DNA of 36,535 nucleotides from Paraglomus brasilianum (Eukaryota): NCBI GenBank assembly GCA_910592345.1, contig CAJVPI010000290.1, positions 1 to 36,535 of the forward strand, read 5' to 3'. Shown piece by piece: positions 35,951 to 36,535 of this stretch (position 1 is its first letter; each line of letters starts with the position of its first letter). The notes under the pieces were generated by a model. It saw only the letters and a program-made list of their open reading frames with translations, ran no database searches and was not told where the DNA came from. The position numbers and the translations under genes were made by a program.

Positions 35951-36210
35951 AGATACTACACACAGTAAATCTTCTAAAGTTGACCTCTAAAGGAACAATT
36001 TTATTCAAACAATTATCTACTGAAACTGCTGAACTCATCCCTGTTGACCAGCACGTATAACTAACTACTTGCGATTAATAAATACAATTAATAATTATGG
36101 GCTTTTGTCAAAAAAATAAATCTTTGTCCATGTAACCGAGACACAATACATAGTGATAGCAATATAAGCAAAAATTTATTTATTATAATATGTTGTTGCA
36201 ATTATTTTCC

Positions 36211-36530
36211 TAATTATGAAATGAAAACGGCCATCGGAGTATCCAGTAAGTATCGGATATAAGAGATACCTCGGGCACAGTTTAAACTATAGCCACAAGT
36301 ATCGAAATAGATACCGCTACTTATTAGAATACAATTATTACGACGCCGCTAAATCATCTCGATAAACCTATTTTTCTAATTATTTAATTATGAAATGAAA
36401 GCGGCCATCGGAGTATCCAGTGAGTATCGGATATAGGGATGCCTCGGGCACAGTTTATACTATATCCACAAGTATCGAGATAGATACCGCTACTCATTAG
36501 AATACAATTATTACGACGCCGCTAAATCAT
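36211..36530. repeat. Two direct repeats of about 147 bp, period 174 bp
   Basis: 36211-36357 and 36385-36530 align almost base for base (taattatgaaatgaaa..ggccatcggagtatccagt..cgacgccgctaaatcat). May continue past the window edge. Confidence 0.9.
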
Positions 36531-36535
36531 TTGCA

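Overview
AT-rich, intron-containing eukaryotic DNA. The gene families present point to a Mucoromycota fungus, most likely an arbuscular-mycorrhizal (Glomeromycotina) species or close relative (inference). The window is a gene-sparse, transposon-littered birth-and-death region. Contents, left to right: (1) a spliced gene with repeated CxxC/WTSGNxxLDxFI modules of the type that precede AMF tyrosine-kinase-like (TKL) domains, possibly interrupted by an LTR-like end at the left edge; (2) two heavily deleted TKL kinase relics; (3) a 10-exon cytochrome P450 that is a pseudogene (nonsense codon plus frameshifts), with a pogo-like element in its promoter; (4) Tc1, mariner, Ginger-like and possible hAT relics, plus two copies of a Mutator-like MITE with perfect 9-bp TSDs; (5) an intronless 299-aa gene of bacterial-looking type; (6) a tandem pair of 2-exon genes for ~231-aa N-myristoylation-motif proteins whose pattern resembles the Cyt/volvatoxin membrane-toxin fold, one copy carrying a single premature stop; (7) a tandem pair of intact 7-exon genes (919 and 902 aa, longer than the ORF track shows) with helical domain + degenerate RING + TPR + beta-rich C-terminus, plus a 5' stub of a third copy. 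Best candidate for an undescribed system: the 14-33 kb cluster as a possible defence/effector island. All family assignments come from manual motif reading and recall, not from database searches.
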